From Nemertoderma westbladi (lineage: Eukaryota; Animalia; Xenacoelomorpha): 64,000 bases of DNA. Location: positions 62,001 through 126,000 of the forward strand of contig JAUCBJ010009103.1 of assembly GCA_032718475.1 (NCBI GenBank). The letters run 5' to 3'. The notes beneath the pieces were generated by a model. That model was not told the DNA's origin, ran no database searches, and worked only from the letters and a program-made list of their open reading frames with translations. Each line of letters opens with the position of its first letter. Positions within the stretch are counted from its first letter, which is position 1. Below, piece after piece: positions 39,390 through 52,300 of the stretch. Made by a program: the position numbers and the translations under genes.

Positions 39390-42300
39390 CACTTCCGGTT
39401 TGATACGTACCCGTTACTCACTCACTTCCGGTATGACACTTAGCCGTTACTCACTCACTTCCGGTATGACACTTACCCGTTACTCACTCACTTACGGTAT
39501 GACACTTACCCGTTACTCACTCACTTCCGGTATGATACTTACCCGTTATTCACTCACTTCAGGTATGACACTTAGCCGTTATTCACTCACTTCCGGTATG
39601 ACACTTACCCGTTATTCACTCACTTCCGGTATGACACTTAGCCGTTACTCACTCACTTCAGGTATGACACTTAGCCGTTACTCACTCACTTCAGGTATGA
39701 CACTTACCCGTTACTCACTCACTTCAGGTATGACACTTACCCGTTACTCACTCACTTCAGGTATGACACTTAGCCGTTATTCACTCACTTCCGGTATGAC
39801 ACTTACCCGTTATTCACTCACTTCCGGTATGGCACTTAGCCGTTACTCACTCACTTCAGGTATGACACTTAGCCGTTACTCACTCACTTCAGGTATGATA
39901 CTTACCCGTTACTCACTCACTTCAGGTATGACACTTACCCGTTACTCACTCACTTCCGGTATGATACTTAGCCGTTACTCACTCACTTCAGGTATGACAC
40001 TTAGCCATTATTCAATCACTTCCGGTATGACACTTACCTGTTACTCACTCACTTCCGGTAAGACACTTAGCCGTTACTCACTCACTTCCGGTATGACACT
40101 TAGCCGTTACTCACTCACTTCCGGTATGACACTTAGCCGTTATTCACTCACTTCCGGTATGACACTTAGCCGTTATTCACTCACTTCCGGTATGACACTT
40201 AGCCGTTACTCACTCACTTCCGGTATGACACTTAGCCGTTATTCACTCACTTCCGGTATGACACTTAGCCGTTACTCACTCACTTCCGGTATGATACTTA
40301 AGCCGTTATTCACTCACTTACGGTATAATACGTACATGTTACTCACTCACTTCCGGTATGATACGTACATGTTACTCACTCACTTCCAGTATGACACTTA
40401 GCCGTTACTCACTCACTTCCGGTATGACACTTACCTGTTATTCACTCACTTCCGGTATGGCACTTAGCCGTTACTTACTCACTTCCGGGGTGATACGTAC
40501 CCGTTACTCACTCACTTCCGGTATGACACTTAGCCGTTACTCACTCACTTCCGGTATGATACTTAGCCGTTACTTACTCACTTCCGGGGTGATACGTACC
40601 CGTTACTCACTCACTTCCGGTATGACACTTAGCCGTTATTCACTCACTTCCGGTATGACACTTAGCCGTTACTCACTCACTTCCGGTATGATACTTACCT
40701 GTTATTCACTCACTTCCGGTATGAAACTTAGCCGTTACTTACTCACTTCCGGTATGATACGTACATGTTACTCACTCACTTCCGGTATGATACGTACATG
40801 TTACTCACTCACTTCCGGTATGATACGTACATGTTACTCACTCACTTCCGGTATGATACGTACATGTTACTCACTCACTTCCAGTATGACACTTAGCCGT
40901 TACTCACTCACTTCCGGTATGACACTTACCTGTTATTCACTCACTTCCGGTATGACACTTAGCCGTTACTCACTCACATCCGGTATGATACTTACCCGTT
41001 ATTCACTCACTTCCAGCATGACACTTAGCCGTTACGTACTCACTTCCGGGGTGATACGTACCCGTTACTCGCTCACTTCCGGTATGACACTTAGCCGTTA
41101 CTCACTCACATCCGGTATGATACTTAGCCGTTATTCACTCACTTCCAGCATGACACTTAGCCGTTACGTACTCACTTCCGGGGTGATACGTACCCGTTAC
41201 TCGCTCACTTCCGGTATGACACTTAGCCGTTACTCACTCACATCCGGTATGATACTTACCCGTTATTCACTCACTTCCAGCATGACACTTAGCCGTTACG
41301 TACTCACTTCCGGGGTGATACGTACCCGTTACTCACTCACTTCCGGTATGACACTTAGCCGTTACTCACTCACTTCCGGTATGATACTTACCCGTAATTC
41401 ACTCACTTCCAGTATGACACTTAGCCGTTACTCACTCACTTCCGGTATGACACTTACCTGTTATTCACTCACTTCCGGTATGACACTTAGCCGTTACTCA
41501 CTCACTTCCGGTATGACACTTAGCCGTTACTCACTCACTTCAGGTATAACACTTAGCCGTTACTCACTCACTTCAGGTATGACACTTAGCCATTATTCAA
41601 TCAGTTCCGGTATGACACTTACCTGTTACTCACTCACTTCCGGTAAGACACTTAGCCGTTACTCACTCACTTCCGGTATGACACTTAGCCGTTACTCACT
41701 CACTTCCGGTATTACACTTACCCGTTACTCACTCACTTCCGGTATGATACTTACCCGTTATTCACTCACTTCCGGTATGACACTTAGCCGTTACTCACTC
41801 ACTTCCGGTATGACTCTTAGCCGTTACTCACTCACTTCCAGTATGACACTTAGCCGTTACTCACTCACTTCCGGTATGACACTTAGCCGTTACTCACTCA
41901 CTTCCGGTATGACACTTAGCCGTTACTCACTCACTTCCGGTATGACACTTAGCCGTTACTCACTCACTTCAGGTATGACACTTACCCGTTACTCACTCAC
42001 TTCAGGTATGACACTTAGCCGTTATTCACTCACTTCCGGTATGACACTTACCCGTTATTCACTCACTTCCGGTATGACACTTAGCCGTTACTCACTCACA
42101 TCAGGTATGACACTTAGCCGTTACTCACTCACTTCAGGTATGACACTTACCCGTTACTCACTCACTTCAGGTATGACACTTACCCGTTACTCACTCACTT
42201 CCGGTATGACACTTAGCCGTTACTCACTCACTTCCGATATGACACTTAGCCGTTACTCACTCAATTCAGGTATGACACTTAGCCATTATTCAATCACTTC

Positions 42301-45300
42301 CGGTATGACACTTACCTGTTACTCACTCACTTCCGGTAAGACACTTAGCCGTTACTCACTCACTTCCGGTATGACACTTAGCCGCTACTCACTCACTTCC
42401 AGTATGACACTTAGCCGTTACTCACTCACTTCCGGTATGACACTTAGCCGTTATTCACTCACTTCCGGGGTGATACGTACCCGTTACTCACTCACATCCG
42501 GTATGACACTTAGCCGTTATTCACTCACTTCCGGTATGACACTTAGCGTTACTCACTCACTTCCGGTATGACACTTAGCCGTTATTCACTCACTTCCGGT
42601 ATGACACTTAGCGTTACTCACTCACTTCAGGTATGACACTTACCCGTTACTCACTCACTTCAGGTATGACACTTACCCGTTACTCACTCACTTCCGGTAT
42701 GACACTTAGCCGTTACTCACTCACTTCCGGTATGACACTTAGCCGTTACTCACTCACTTCAGGTATGACACTTAGCCATTATTCAATCACTTCCGGTATG
42801 ACACTTACCTGTTATTCACTCACTTCCGGTATGACACTTAGCCGTTACTTACTCACTTCCGGGGTGATACGTACCCGTTACTCACTCACTTCCGGTATGA
42901 CACTTAGCCGTTACTCACTCACTTCCGGTATGATACTTAGCCGTTACTTACTCACTTCCGGGGTGATACGTACCCGTTACTCACTCACTTCCGGTATGAC
43001 ACTTAGCCGTTATTCACTCACTTCCGGTATGACACTTAGCGTTACTCACTCACTTCCGGTATGATACTTACCTGTTATTCACTCACTTCCGGTATGACAC
43101 TTAGCCGTTACTTACTCACTTCCGGTATGATACGTACATGTTACTCACTCACTTCCGGTATGATACGTACATGTTACTCACTCACTTCCGGTATGATACG
43201 TACATGTTACTCACTCACTTCCGGTATGATACGTACATGTTACTCACTCACTTCCAGTATGACACTTAGCCGTTACTCACTCACTTCCGGTATGACACTT
43301 ACCTGTTATTCACTCACTTCCGGTATGACACTTAGCCGTTACTCACTCACATCCGGTATGATACTTACCCGTTATTCACTCACTTCCAGCATGACACTTA
43401 TCCGTTACGTACTCACTTCCGGTATGATACTTACCCGTTATTCACTCACTTCCGGTATGACACTTAGCCGTTACTCACTCACTTCCGGTATGATACTTAC
43501 CCGTTATTCACTCACTTCCAGTATGACACTTAGTCGTTACTCACTCACTTCCGGTATGATACTTACCCGTTATTCACTCACTTCCAGCATGACACTTAGC
43601 CGTTACTCACTCACTTCCGGTATGATACTTACCCGTTATTCACTCACTTCCGGTATGACACTTAGCCGTTACTCACTCACTTCCAGCATGACACTTATCC
43701 GTTACGTACTCACTTCCGGGGTGATACGTACCCGTTATTCACTCACTTCCAGTATGACACTTAGCCGTTACTCACTCACTTCCGGTATGACACTTACCCG
43801 TTACTCACTCACTTCCAGCATGACACTTAGCCGTTACGTCACTCACTTCCGGTATGATACTTACCCGTTATTCACTCACTTCCGGTATGACACTTAGCCG
43901 TTATTCACTCACTTCCAGTATGACACTTAGCCGTTACGTACTCACTTCCGGGGTGATACGTACCCGTTATTCACTCACTTCCAGTATGACACTTTGCCGT
44001 TATTCACTCACTTCCGGTATGACACTTACCTGTTACTCACTCACTTCCAGCATGACACTTAGCCGTTACGTACTCACTTCCGGGGTGATACGTACCCGTT
44101 ATTCACTCACTTCCGGTATGACACTTACCCGTTATTCACTCACTTCCAGCATGACACTTAGCCGTTACGTACTCACTTCCGGGGTGATACGTACCCGTTA
44201 CTCACTCACTTCCGGTATGACACTTAGCCGTTACTCACTCACTTCCGGTATGATACGTACCCGTTATTCACTCACTTCCAGCATGACACTTAGCCGTTAC
44301 GTACTCACTTCCGGGGTGATACGTACCCGTTACTCACTCACTTCCGCTCCGGTATGACACTTAGCCGTTACTCACTCACATCCGGTATGATACTTACCCG
44401 TTATTCACTCACTTCCAGCATGACACTTAGCCGTTACGTACTCACTTCCGGGGTGATACGTACCCGTTACTCACTCACTTCCGGTATGACACTTAGCCGT
44501 TACTCACTCACATCCGGTATGATACTTACCCGTTATTCACTCACTTCCAGCATGACACTTAGCCGTTACGTACTCACTTCCGGGGTGATACGTACCCGTT
44601 ACTCACTCACTTCCGGTATGACACTTAGCCGTTACTCACTCACTTCCGGTATGATACTTACCCGTTATTCACTCACTTCCAGCATGACACTTAGCCGTTA
44701 CTCACTCACTTCCGGTATGATACTTACCCGTTATTCACTCACTTCCAGTATGACACTTAGCCGTTACTCACTCACTTCCGGTATGACACTTACCTGTTAT
44801 TCACTCACTTCCGGTATGACACTTAGCCGTTACTCACTCACTTCCGGTATGACACTTAGCCGTTACTCACTCACTTCAGGTATGACACTTAGCCGTTACT
44901 CACTCACTTCCGGTATGACACTTAGCCGTTACTCACTCACTTCCGGTATGACACTTAGCCGTTATTCACTCACTTCCAGCATGACACTTAGCCGTTACTC
45001 ACTCACTTCCGGTATGACACTTAGCCGTTACTCACTCACTTCCGGTATGACACTTAGCCGTTATTCACTCACTTCCGGTATGACACTTAGCCGTTACTCA
45101 CTCACTTCAGGTATGACACTTACCCGTTACTCACTCACTTCCGGTATGACACTTAGCCGTTATTCACTCACTTCCGGTATGACACTTAGTCGTTACTCAC
45201 TCACTTCCGGTATGACACTTAGCCGTTACTCACTCACTTCCGGTATGATACTTACCCGTTACTGACTCACTTCCGGTATGACACGTACCCGTTACTCACT

Positions 45301-45886
45301 CACTTCTGGTATGACACTTAGCCGTTACTCACTCACTTCCGGTATGATACTTACCCGTTATTCACTCACTTCCAGCATGACACTTAGCCGTTACTCACTC
45401 ACTTCCGGTATGATACTTACCCGTTATTCACTCACTTCCAGTATGACACTTAGCCGTTACTCGCTCACTTCCGGTATGACACTTAGCCGTTACTCACTCA
45501 CTTCAGGTATGACACTTACCCGTTACTCACTCACTTCCGGTATGACACTTAGCCGTTATTCACTCACTTCCGGTATGACACTTAGTCGTTACTCACTCAC
45601 TTCCGGTATGACACTTAGCCGTTACTCACTCACTTCCGGTATGATACTTACCCGTTACTGACTCACTTCCGGTAAGACACGTACCCGTTACTCACTCACT
45701 TCCGGTATGACACTTAGCCGTTATTCACTCACTTCCGGTATGACACTTAGTCGTTACTCACTCACTTCCGGTATGACACTTAGCCGTTACTCACTCACTC
45801 ACTTCCGGTATGATACTTACCCGTTACTCACTCACTTCCGGTATGACACGTACCCGTTACTCACTCACTTCCGGTATGATACTTAC
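39390..45886. repeat. 33-bp minisatellite (~195 units) starting at the GTAAGT donor
   Basis: Sense-strand unit (G/C)TAAGT(A/G)TCATACCGGAAGTGAGTGAGTAACGG; the first unit begins at intron position +1. Confidence 0.98.
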
Positions 45887-46369
45887 CAGGTTTCCTTAGT
45901 GGATCATTATCTCCTATGACGTCACTACGACTCAAACGACGCTGATCGTTAACTGACTGGTCACCATAGGTACCGGAGGGATCCAGGTAATCCCGTAGCA
46001 ACGGCGCTATATACTTCCTAGAGGGTTTGCTATTGTGTTGTTGGTAGAGATAATAACTGGGTTGGGACTCCAATATCTCGAGCGCCAACTGGGAGTTGTC
46101 TGTGAGTAGGATAGCCAGTCCTGCGAACAAGTCGTCGTCGGAACTCCACAGCAACAGTTGCTTAGCAGTCCCGGAGTCCTCATGCACCATACTCATCACC
46201 AAGACAACGGATACCCCATTGGTTACCGCGTGTTCCGCCAGCTGGTCGTGGAGGTCGTTGTACCGGAGCAGTTCCGAGCAGTGGAAAGGAATGCCCGGAA
46301 CGGAGACAGAACATTTGGGTCCGCGGATTATCTTCAAATCTTTTCTTAGAATGTCAACAACAGAGAGAC
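45887..46369 (-). CDS. PRUNE2: PRUNE2-like exon, DHHA2 domain (GLSVVDILRKDLK...QQHNSKPSRKYIAPLLRDYL...)
   Basis: ttttaAG acceptor, GTAAGT donor, 483 nt, phase 1->1; overlaps ORF 45861..46337. Confidence 0.92.
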
Positions 46370-46531
46370 CTTAAAATAAAATATTTAAATATATAATCAT
46401 AATCAAAAACAGATAGAACTTCCTTTAAACTAGCAGTTAATCCATTCATTATCTTGTATAATCCTGTATATGGAAGTCGCCGAGTCGACAATAAGTGTAA
46501 GTTTCTAATATTGAATCTCCTATAAACCTAC

Positions 46532-46687
46532 CGGATACGTCACACCGGGCTGCTATCAGACTCTCCAATAACTCATCCAGATTGACTTCCGGTACAAACT
46601 CGTGCAACGCTGACGTCATCACAACATCCTTACGGGTAGTTCGTCCTGAATTCTCGTCAAGGTTTTGAGTATCGAATATAATAGGAG
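46532..46687 (-). CDS. PRUNE2: PRUNE2-like exon (APIIFDTQNLDENSGRTTRKDVVMTSALHEFVPEVNLDELLESLIAARCDVS)
   Basis: ttttctcAG acceptor, GTAGGT donor, 156 nt, phase 1->1; matches Prune IILDCVN..GKATPKD..AKFDVSG. Confidence 0.92.
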
Positions 46688-46818
46688 CTGAGAAAAAATA
46701 ATAATGTGTGAATAATAATTGATAATCTCGAAATTATATAAGGCGTTGAGCTGATAATGAAAAGGTAAAAAAATAAAATATATTTTAATACGAGTTTACT
46801 CAAAAATCAAAAAATTAG

Positions 46819-46946
46819 GAAGCACGTCATCGGGGGTTGAACCAGCGCTAACGGGTTTCGGGTTAGGAACTGGTTTTAGCGCTACTGATGAGGTGCAATA
46901 GGCCGAAACGTCCGTGGCGCTGGTTCAACCCCCGGTGACGTGCTTC
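46819..46946 (+). ncRNA. Inverted-repeat element with minimal hammerhead-like core (Penelope pLTR remnant?)
   Basis: 30-bp IR GAAGCACGTCATCGGGGGTTGAACCAGCGC / GCGCTGGTTCAACCCCCGGTGACGTGCTTC enclosing AGCGCTA-CTGATGAG-N11-CGAAAC-GTCCG-TGGCGCT. Confidence 0.55.
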
Positions 46947-47106
46947 ATCTTTTTGTAACATTTCTGAACAAAATCCAATTAAAAAAACATAGCTCATTAT
47001 CATTAATTTAGACAGTAGTATTACAACTACAAGATAATTACAGTATCATGTACTTCAAAAATGCACCAATTTTATGTTTTAAATAATTATAACGATATAA
47101 TATCCT

Positions 47107-47618
47107 TAACCCAATAACATATCAGCTACACCGCGGTCTATAAACTCAGTCACTAACCCAATAATATATCAGCTACACCGCGGTCTATAAACTCAGTCAC
47201 TAACCCAATAACATATCAGCTACACCGCGGTCTATAAACCTCCGTCACTAACCCAATAACATATCAGCTACACCGCGGTCTATAAACTCAGTTACTAACC
47301 CAATGACATATCAGCTACACCGCGGTCTATAAACTCAGTTACTAACCCAATAACATATCAGCTACACCGCGGTCTATAAACTCAGTTACTAACCCAATAA
47401 CATATCAGCTACACCGCGGTCTATAAACTCAGTTACTAACCCAATAACATATCAGCTACACCGCGGTCTATAAACTCAGTTACTAACCCAATAACATATC
47501 AGCTACACCGCGGTCTATAAACTCAGTTACTAACCCAATAACATATCAGCTACACCGCGGTCTATAAACTCAGTCACTAACCCAATAACATATCAGCTAC
47601 ACCGCGGTCTATAAACTC
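47107..47618. repeat. 47-bp minisatellite (~11 units) = last ~37 nt of exon + GTTAGT donor
   Basis: Sense-strand unit GAGTTTATAGACCGCGGTGTAGCTGATATGTTATTGG|GTTAGTRACT; the first copy is the coding exon end. Confidence 0.98.
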
Positions 47619-47713
47619 TGGATCCAGACTCATTATTTTTTCTGTAACCAAAGTCGCACACGACCCAACCATCTCGATAGCCATTTCAATGGTTTCTTCA
47701 TTGCTCAACCAGA
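47582..47713 (-). CDS. PRUNE2: PRUNE2-like exon (VWLSNEETIEMAIEMVGSCATLVTEKIMSLDPEFIDRGVADMLL)
   Basis: gtatttAG acceptor, GTTAGT donor, 132 nt, phase 1->1; VGSCATLV hallmark of Prune/PPX. Confidence 0.93.
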
Positions 47714-48182
47714 CTAAATACAAAATAATAAATTTATTAAAATAAAAATTATATTTCATAACAATCTATAATAAATTAATTAGGCCTAAGATCTGTAAGA
47801 AAAAAATGTTGCTTTGGATGTTTTAAAAAAATTAATTTTAATGTACCAAAAGGTCACATTTTGTTTAAATCCAATACGTGGTGCTGTGAAATGTATGCAA
47901 ATGCTGATTTGTATCTTATAGCTGTACTAAACTATATATACTAGCCAAAAAAAAAATAGAAATAGAAATTGGTTTTCTCAAACATTTTGGCATTTAGGAA
48001 ATTATAAAAATACCGACTCGATATAAAAATAGACCATAAACACCCAAACAATTGGAAATAGACCAAATATATATTACGAGTAGTTATGCGTCAGCTGACG
48101 TGATTATTTAGCGTAACATATTATACACATTAAATTTACGTGCAGCGCGAAGGCCCCCGCTCCGTGTACCTTTTACACTCAC

Positions 48183-48294
48183 CCCTTGGCAAGGCATGAT
48201 GGTCAATAATCTCAACAACAGAGGTCATTAATTCGCAATCGTTTGGTGATAATTGGTTGTGGTCAACAAGTGTAATGCGTAACTTATCTTCATT
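48183..48294 (-). CDS. PRUNE2: PRUNE2-like exon with DHH-motif region (NEDKLRITLVDHNQLSPNDCELMTSVVEIIDHHALPR)
   Basis: ttcgatAG acceptor, GTGAGT donor, 112 nt, phase 0->1; LVDHN and EIIDHH motifs. Confidence 0.92.
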
Positions 48295-48534
48295 CTATCG
48301 AACAAAACAGCTATATTAATTATTAATTTAAATGAGTATCAATAGTAGCCAAAAAAAATGTAAACGTTCAGGTTTAAATGTTAAATCATGAATAACTATT
48401 AAAACAAATTTATTTAAATAAACAATTAATTTTACTTCATGACACTAGAAAGCGCTAGAATACGAAATAGAGAAGAGGGGGGTGTGGGTGAGGGTGGGGG
48501 GGGGGGGGGGGGGGGGTTGTAGGTGAGGGTGGGG

Positions 48535-48955
48535 GGTGTACGCAGCAAACTTCGCCCTCAAAATGAGCAACTATCGCCGGGCGGAAACCTTCGCCCACAA
48601 GCAATCTTCGCCCGCGAGCAACCTTCGCCCAATAAACAATTATTGTTTTGGTTAGAAAAAGCCGTCTCTGTAACCTGCTCCTTTCCCTCAATTAGTAACA
48701 CAATAGTTTATTGTTTTGGTTAGAAAAAGCCGTCTCTGGAACCTGCTCCTTTCCCTCAATTTGTTACGAAATGGTAACTAACACAAATCATATTGGGCGA
48801 AGGTTGTACGCGGGCGAAGGATGTACGCGGGCGAAGATTGGAGGCGGGCGAAGGTTGTACGCGGGCGAAGATTGGACGCGGGCGATGGTTGTACGCGGGC
48901 AAAGATTGTACGCGGGCGAAGGTTGGACGCGGGCGAAGATTGCATCCAACCGCGT
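48535..48955. mobile_element. MITE-like element with inverted 17-bp tandem repeats (GGGCGAAGGTTGTACGC)
   Basis: CTTCGCCC units at 48545-48630 inverted relative to about 10 units at 48795-48945; internal ~67-bp duplication; flanked by G-runs. Confidence 0.6.
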
Positions 48956-49339
48956 TGGGGGGGGGGGGGGGGGGGGGGCTTTCGACGCAATGGAAGTTCA
49001 TCCCTATCCAGGGGAAATCTAAGCAAATAACACCTGATTATTCTTTAAAATAAAAAATATAAAAACTAAAAATTATTGATTTGGTTAGAATAACGTAATA
49101 ACGTAGAACAGTATAGACAGTAAACATAGACAGTATGTATACAGACACTTAGTGAAATTTAAGTGGTTGTGACTACAGGTTATACAATTAACTGGCCTAA
49201 CTAATTATGCTGAAAACTGAAAATGAAATCGAAAATTGGGATTACTGAAATTATTTATCTGAAACTGACCTATATATCTGATACCACATAAAATTACTTT
49301 CACAAACTGTTACCAGCCAACCAATGATATACCGCCATT

Positions 49340-52300
49340 ATTCCGTACAAACCAATCACACACCGCAATTATTACCCACCAAACAATCACACAACGACTG
49401 TACCGTATTCCCCACCAACCAATCACACACCACTACCGACTGTACCGTATTCCCCACCAACCAATCACACACCACTACCGACTGTACCGTATTCCCCACC
49501 AACCAATCACACACCACTACCGACTGTACCGTATTCCCCACCAACCAATCACACACCACTACCGACTGTACCGTATTCCCCTCAAACCAATCACACACCA
49601 CTACCGACTGTACCGTATTCCCCTCCAAACCAATCACACACCACTACCGACTGTACCGTATTCCCCACCAACCAATCACACACCACTACCGACTGTACCG
49701 TCTTCCCCTCCAAACCAATCACACACCACTACCGACTGTACCGTCTTCCCCTCCAAACCAATCACACACCACTACCGACTGTACCGTATTCCCCACCAAC
49801 CAATCACACACCACTACCGACTGTACCGTCTTCCCCTCCAAACCAATCACACACCACTACCGACTGTACCGTCTTCCCCTCCAAACCAATCACACACCAC
49901 TACCGACTGTACCGTATTCCCCTCAAACCAATCACACACCACTACCGACTGTACCGTATTCCCCTCCAAACCAATCACACACCACTACCGACTGTACCGT
50001 ATTCCCCACCAACCAATCACACACCACTACCGACTGTACCGTCTTCCCCTCCAAACCAATCACACACCACTACCGACTGTACCGTCTTCCCCTCCAAACC
50101 AATCACACACCACTACCGACTGTACCGTATTCCCCACCAACCAATCACACACCACTACCGACTGTACCGTGTTCCCCTCCAAACCAATCACACACCACTA
50201 CCGACTGTACCGTATTCCCCACCAACCAATCACACACCACTACCGACTGTACCGTATTCCCCACCAACCAATCACACACCACTACCGACCGACTGTACCG
50301 TATTCCCCACCAACCAATCACACACCACTACCGACTGTACCGTATTCCCCACCAAACCAATCACACACCACTACCGACTGTACCGTATTCCCCACCAACC
50401 AATCACACACCACTACCACCGACTGTACCGTATTCCCCACCAACCAATCACACACCACTACCGACTGTACCGTATTCCCCTCCAAACCAATCACACACCA
50501 CTACCGACTGTACCGTATTCCCCACCAACCAATCACACACCACTACCGACCGACTGTACCGTATTCCCCACCAACCAATCACACACCACTACCGACTGTA
50601 CCGTATTCCCCTCCAACCAATCACACACCACTACCGACTGTACCGTATTCCCCACCAACCAATCACACACCACTACCGACCGCCTGTACCGTATTCCCCA
50701 CCAACCAATCACACACCACTACCGACTGTTCCGTATTCCCCTCCAAACCAATCACACACCACTACCGACTGTTCCGTATTCCCCACCAACCAATCACACA
50801 CCACTACCGACTGTACCGTATTCCACACCAACCAATCACACACCACTACCGACCGCCTGTACCGTATTCCCCACCAACCAATCACACACCACTACCGACT
50901 GTTCCGTATTCCCCACCAACCAATCACACACCACTACCGACCGACTGTACCGTATTCCCCACCAACCAATCACACACCACTACCGACTGTACCGTATTCC
51001 CCACCAACCAATCACACACCACTACCGACTGTACCGTATTCCCCACCAACCAATCACACACCACTACCGACCGCCTGTACCGTATTCCCCACCAACCAAT
51101 CACACACCACTACCGACTGTTCCGTATTCCCCACCAACCAATCACACACCACTACCGACCGACTGTACCGTATTCCCCACCAACCAATCACACACCACTA
51201 CCGACTGTACCGTATTCCCCACCAACCAATCACACACCACTACCGACTGTACCGTATTCCCCACCAACCAATCACACACCACTACCGACTGTACCGTATT
51301 CCCCACCAACCAATCACACACCACTACTGACTGTTCCGTATTCCCCACCAACCAATCACACACCACTACCGACTGTACCGTATTCCCCACCAACCAATCA
51401 CACACCACTACCGACCGCCTGTACCGTATTCCCCACCAACCAATCACACACCACTACCGACTGTTCCGTATTCCCCACCAACCAATCACACACCACTACC
51501 GACCGACTGTACCGTATTCCCCACCAACCAATCACACACCACTACCGACTGTACCGTATTCCCCACCAAACCAATCACACACCACTACCGACTGTACCGT
51601 ATTCCCCTCCAAACCAATCACACACCACTACCGACTGTACCGTATTCCCCACCAACCAATCACACACCACTACCGACTGTACCGTATTCCCCACCAACCA
51701 ATCACACACCACTACCGACTGTACCGTATTCCCCACCAACCAATCACACACCACTACCGACTGTACCGTATTCCCCACCAACCAATCACACACCACTACC
51801 GACTGTACCGTATTCCCCACCAACCAATCACACACCACTACCGACTGTACCGTATTCCCCACCAACCAATCACACACCACTACCGACTGTACCGTATTCC
51901 CCACCAACCAATCACACACCACTACCGACTGTACCGTATTCCCCTCAAACCAATCACACACCACTACCGACTGTACCGTATTCCCCTCCAAACCAATCAC
52001 ACACCACTACCGACTGTACCGTATTCCCCACCAACCAATCACACACCACTACCGACTGTACCGTCTTCCCCTCCAAACCAATCACACACCACTACCGACT
52101 GTACCGTCTTCCCCTCCAAACCAATCACACACCACTACCGACTGTACCGTCTTCCCCTCCAAACCAATCACACACCACTACCGACTGTACCGTATTCCCC
52201 TCCAAACCAATCACACACCACTACCGACTGTACCGTATTCCCCACCAACCAATCACACACCACTACCGACTGTACCGTCTTCCCCTCCAAACCAATCACA

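Noticed and set aside
39400-45919. Long ORFs of MTLSRYSLTSG repeats
   Set aside because: A 33-bp unit without stops in one frame; antisense to the host gene, with frameshifts; repeat artefact
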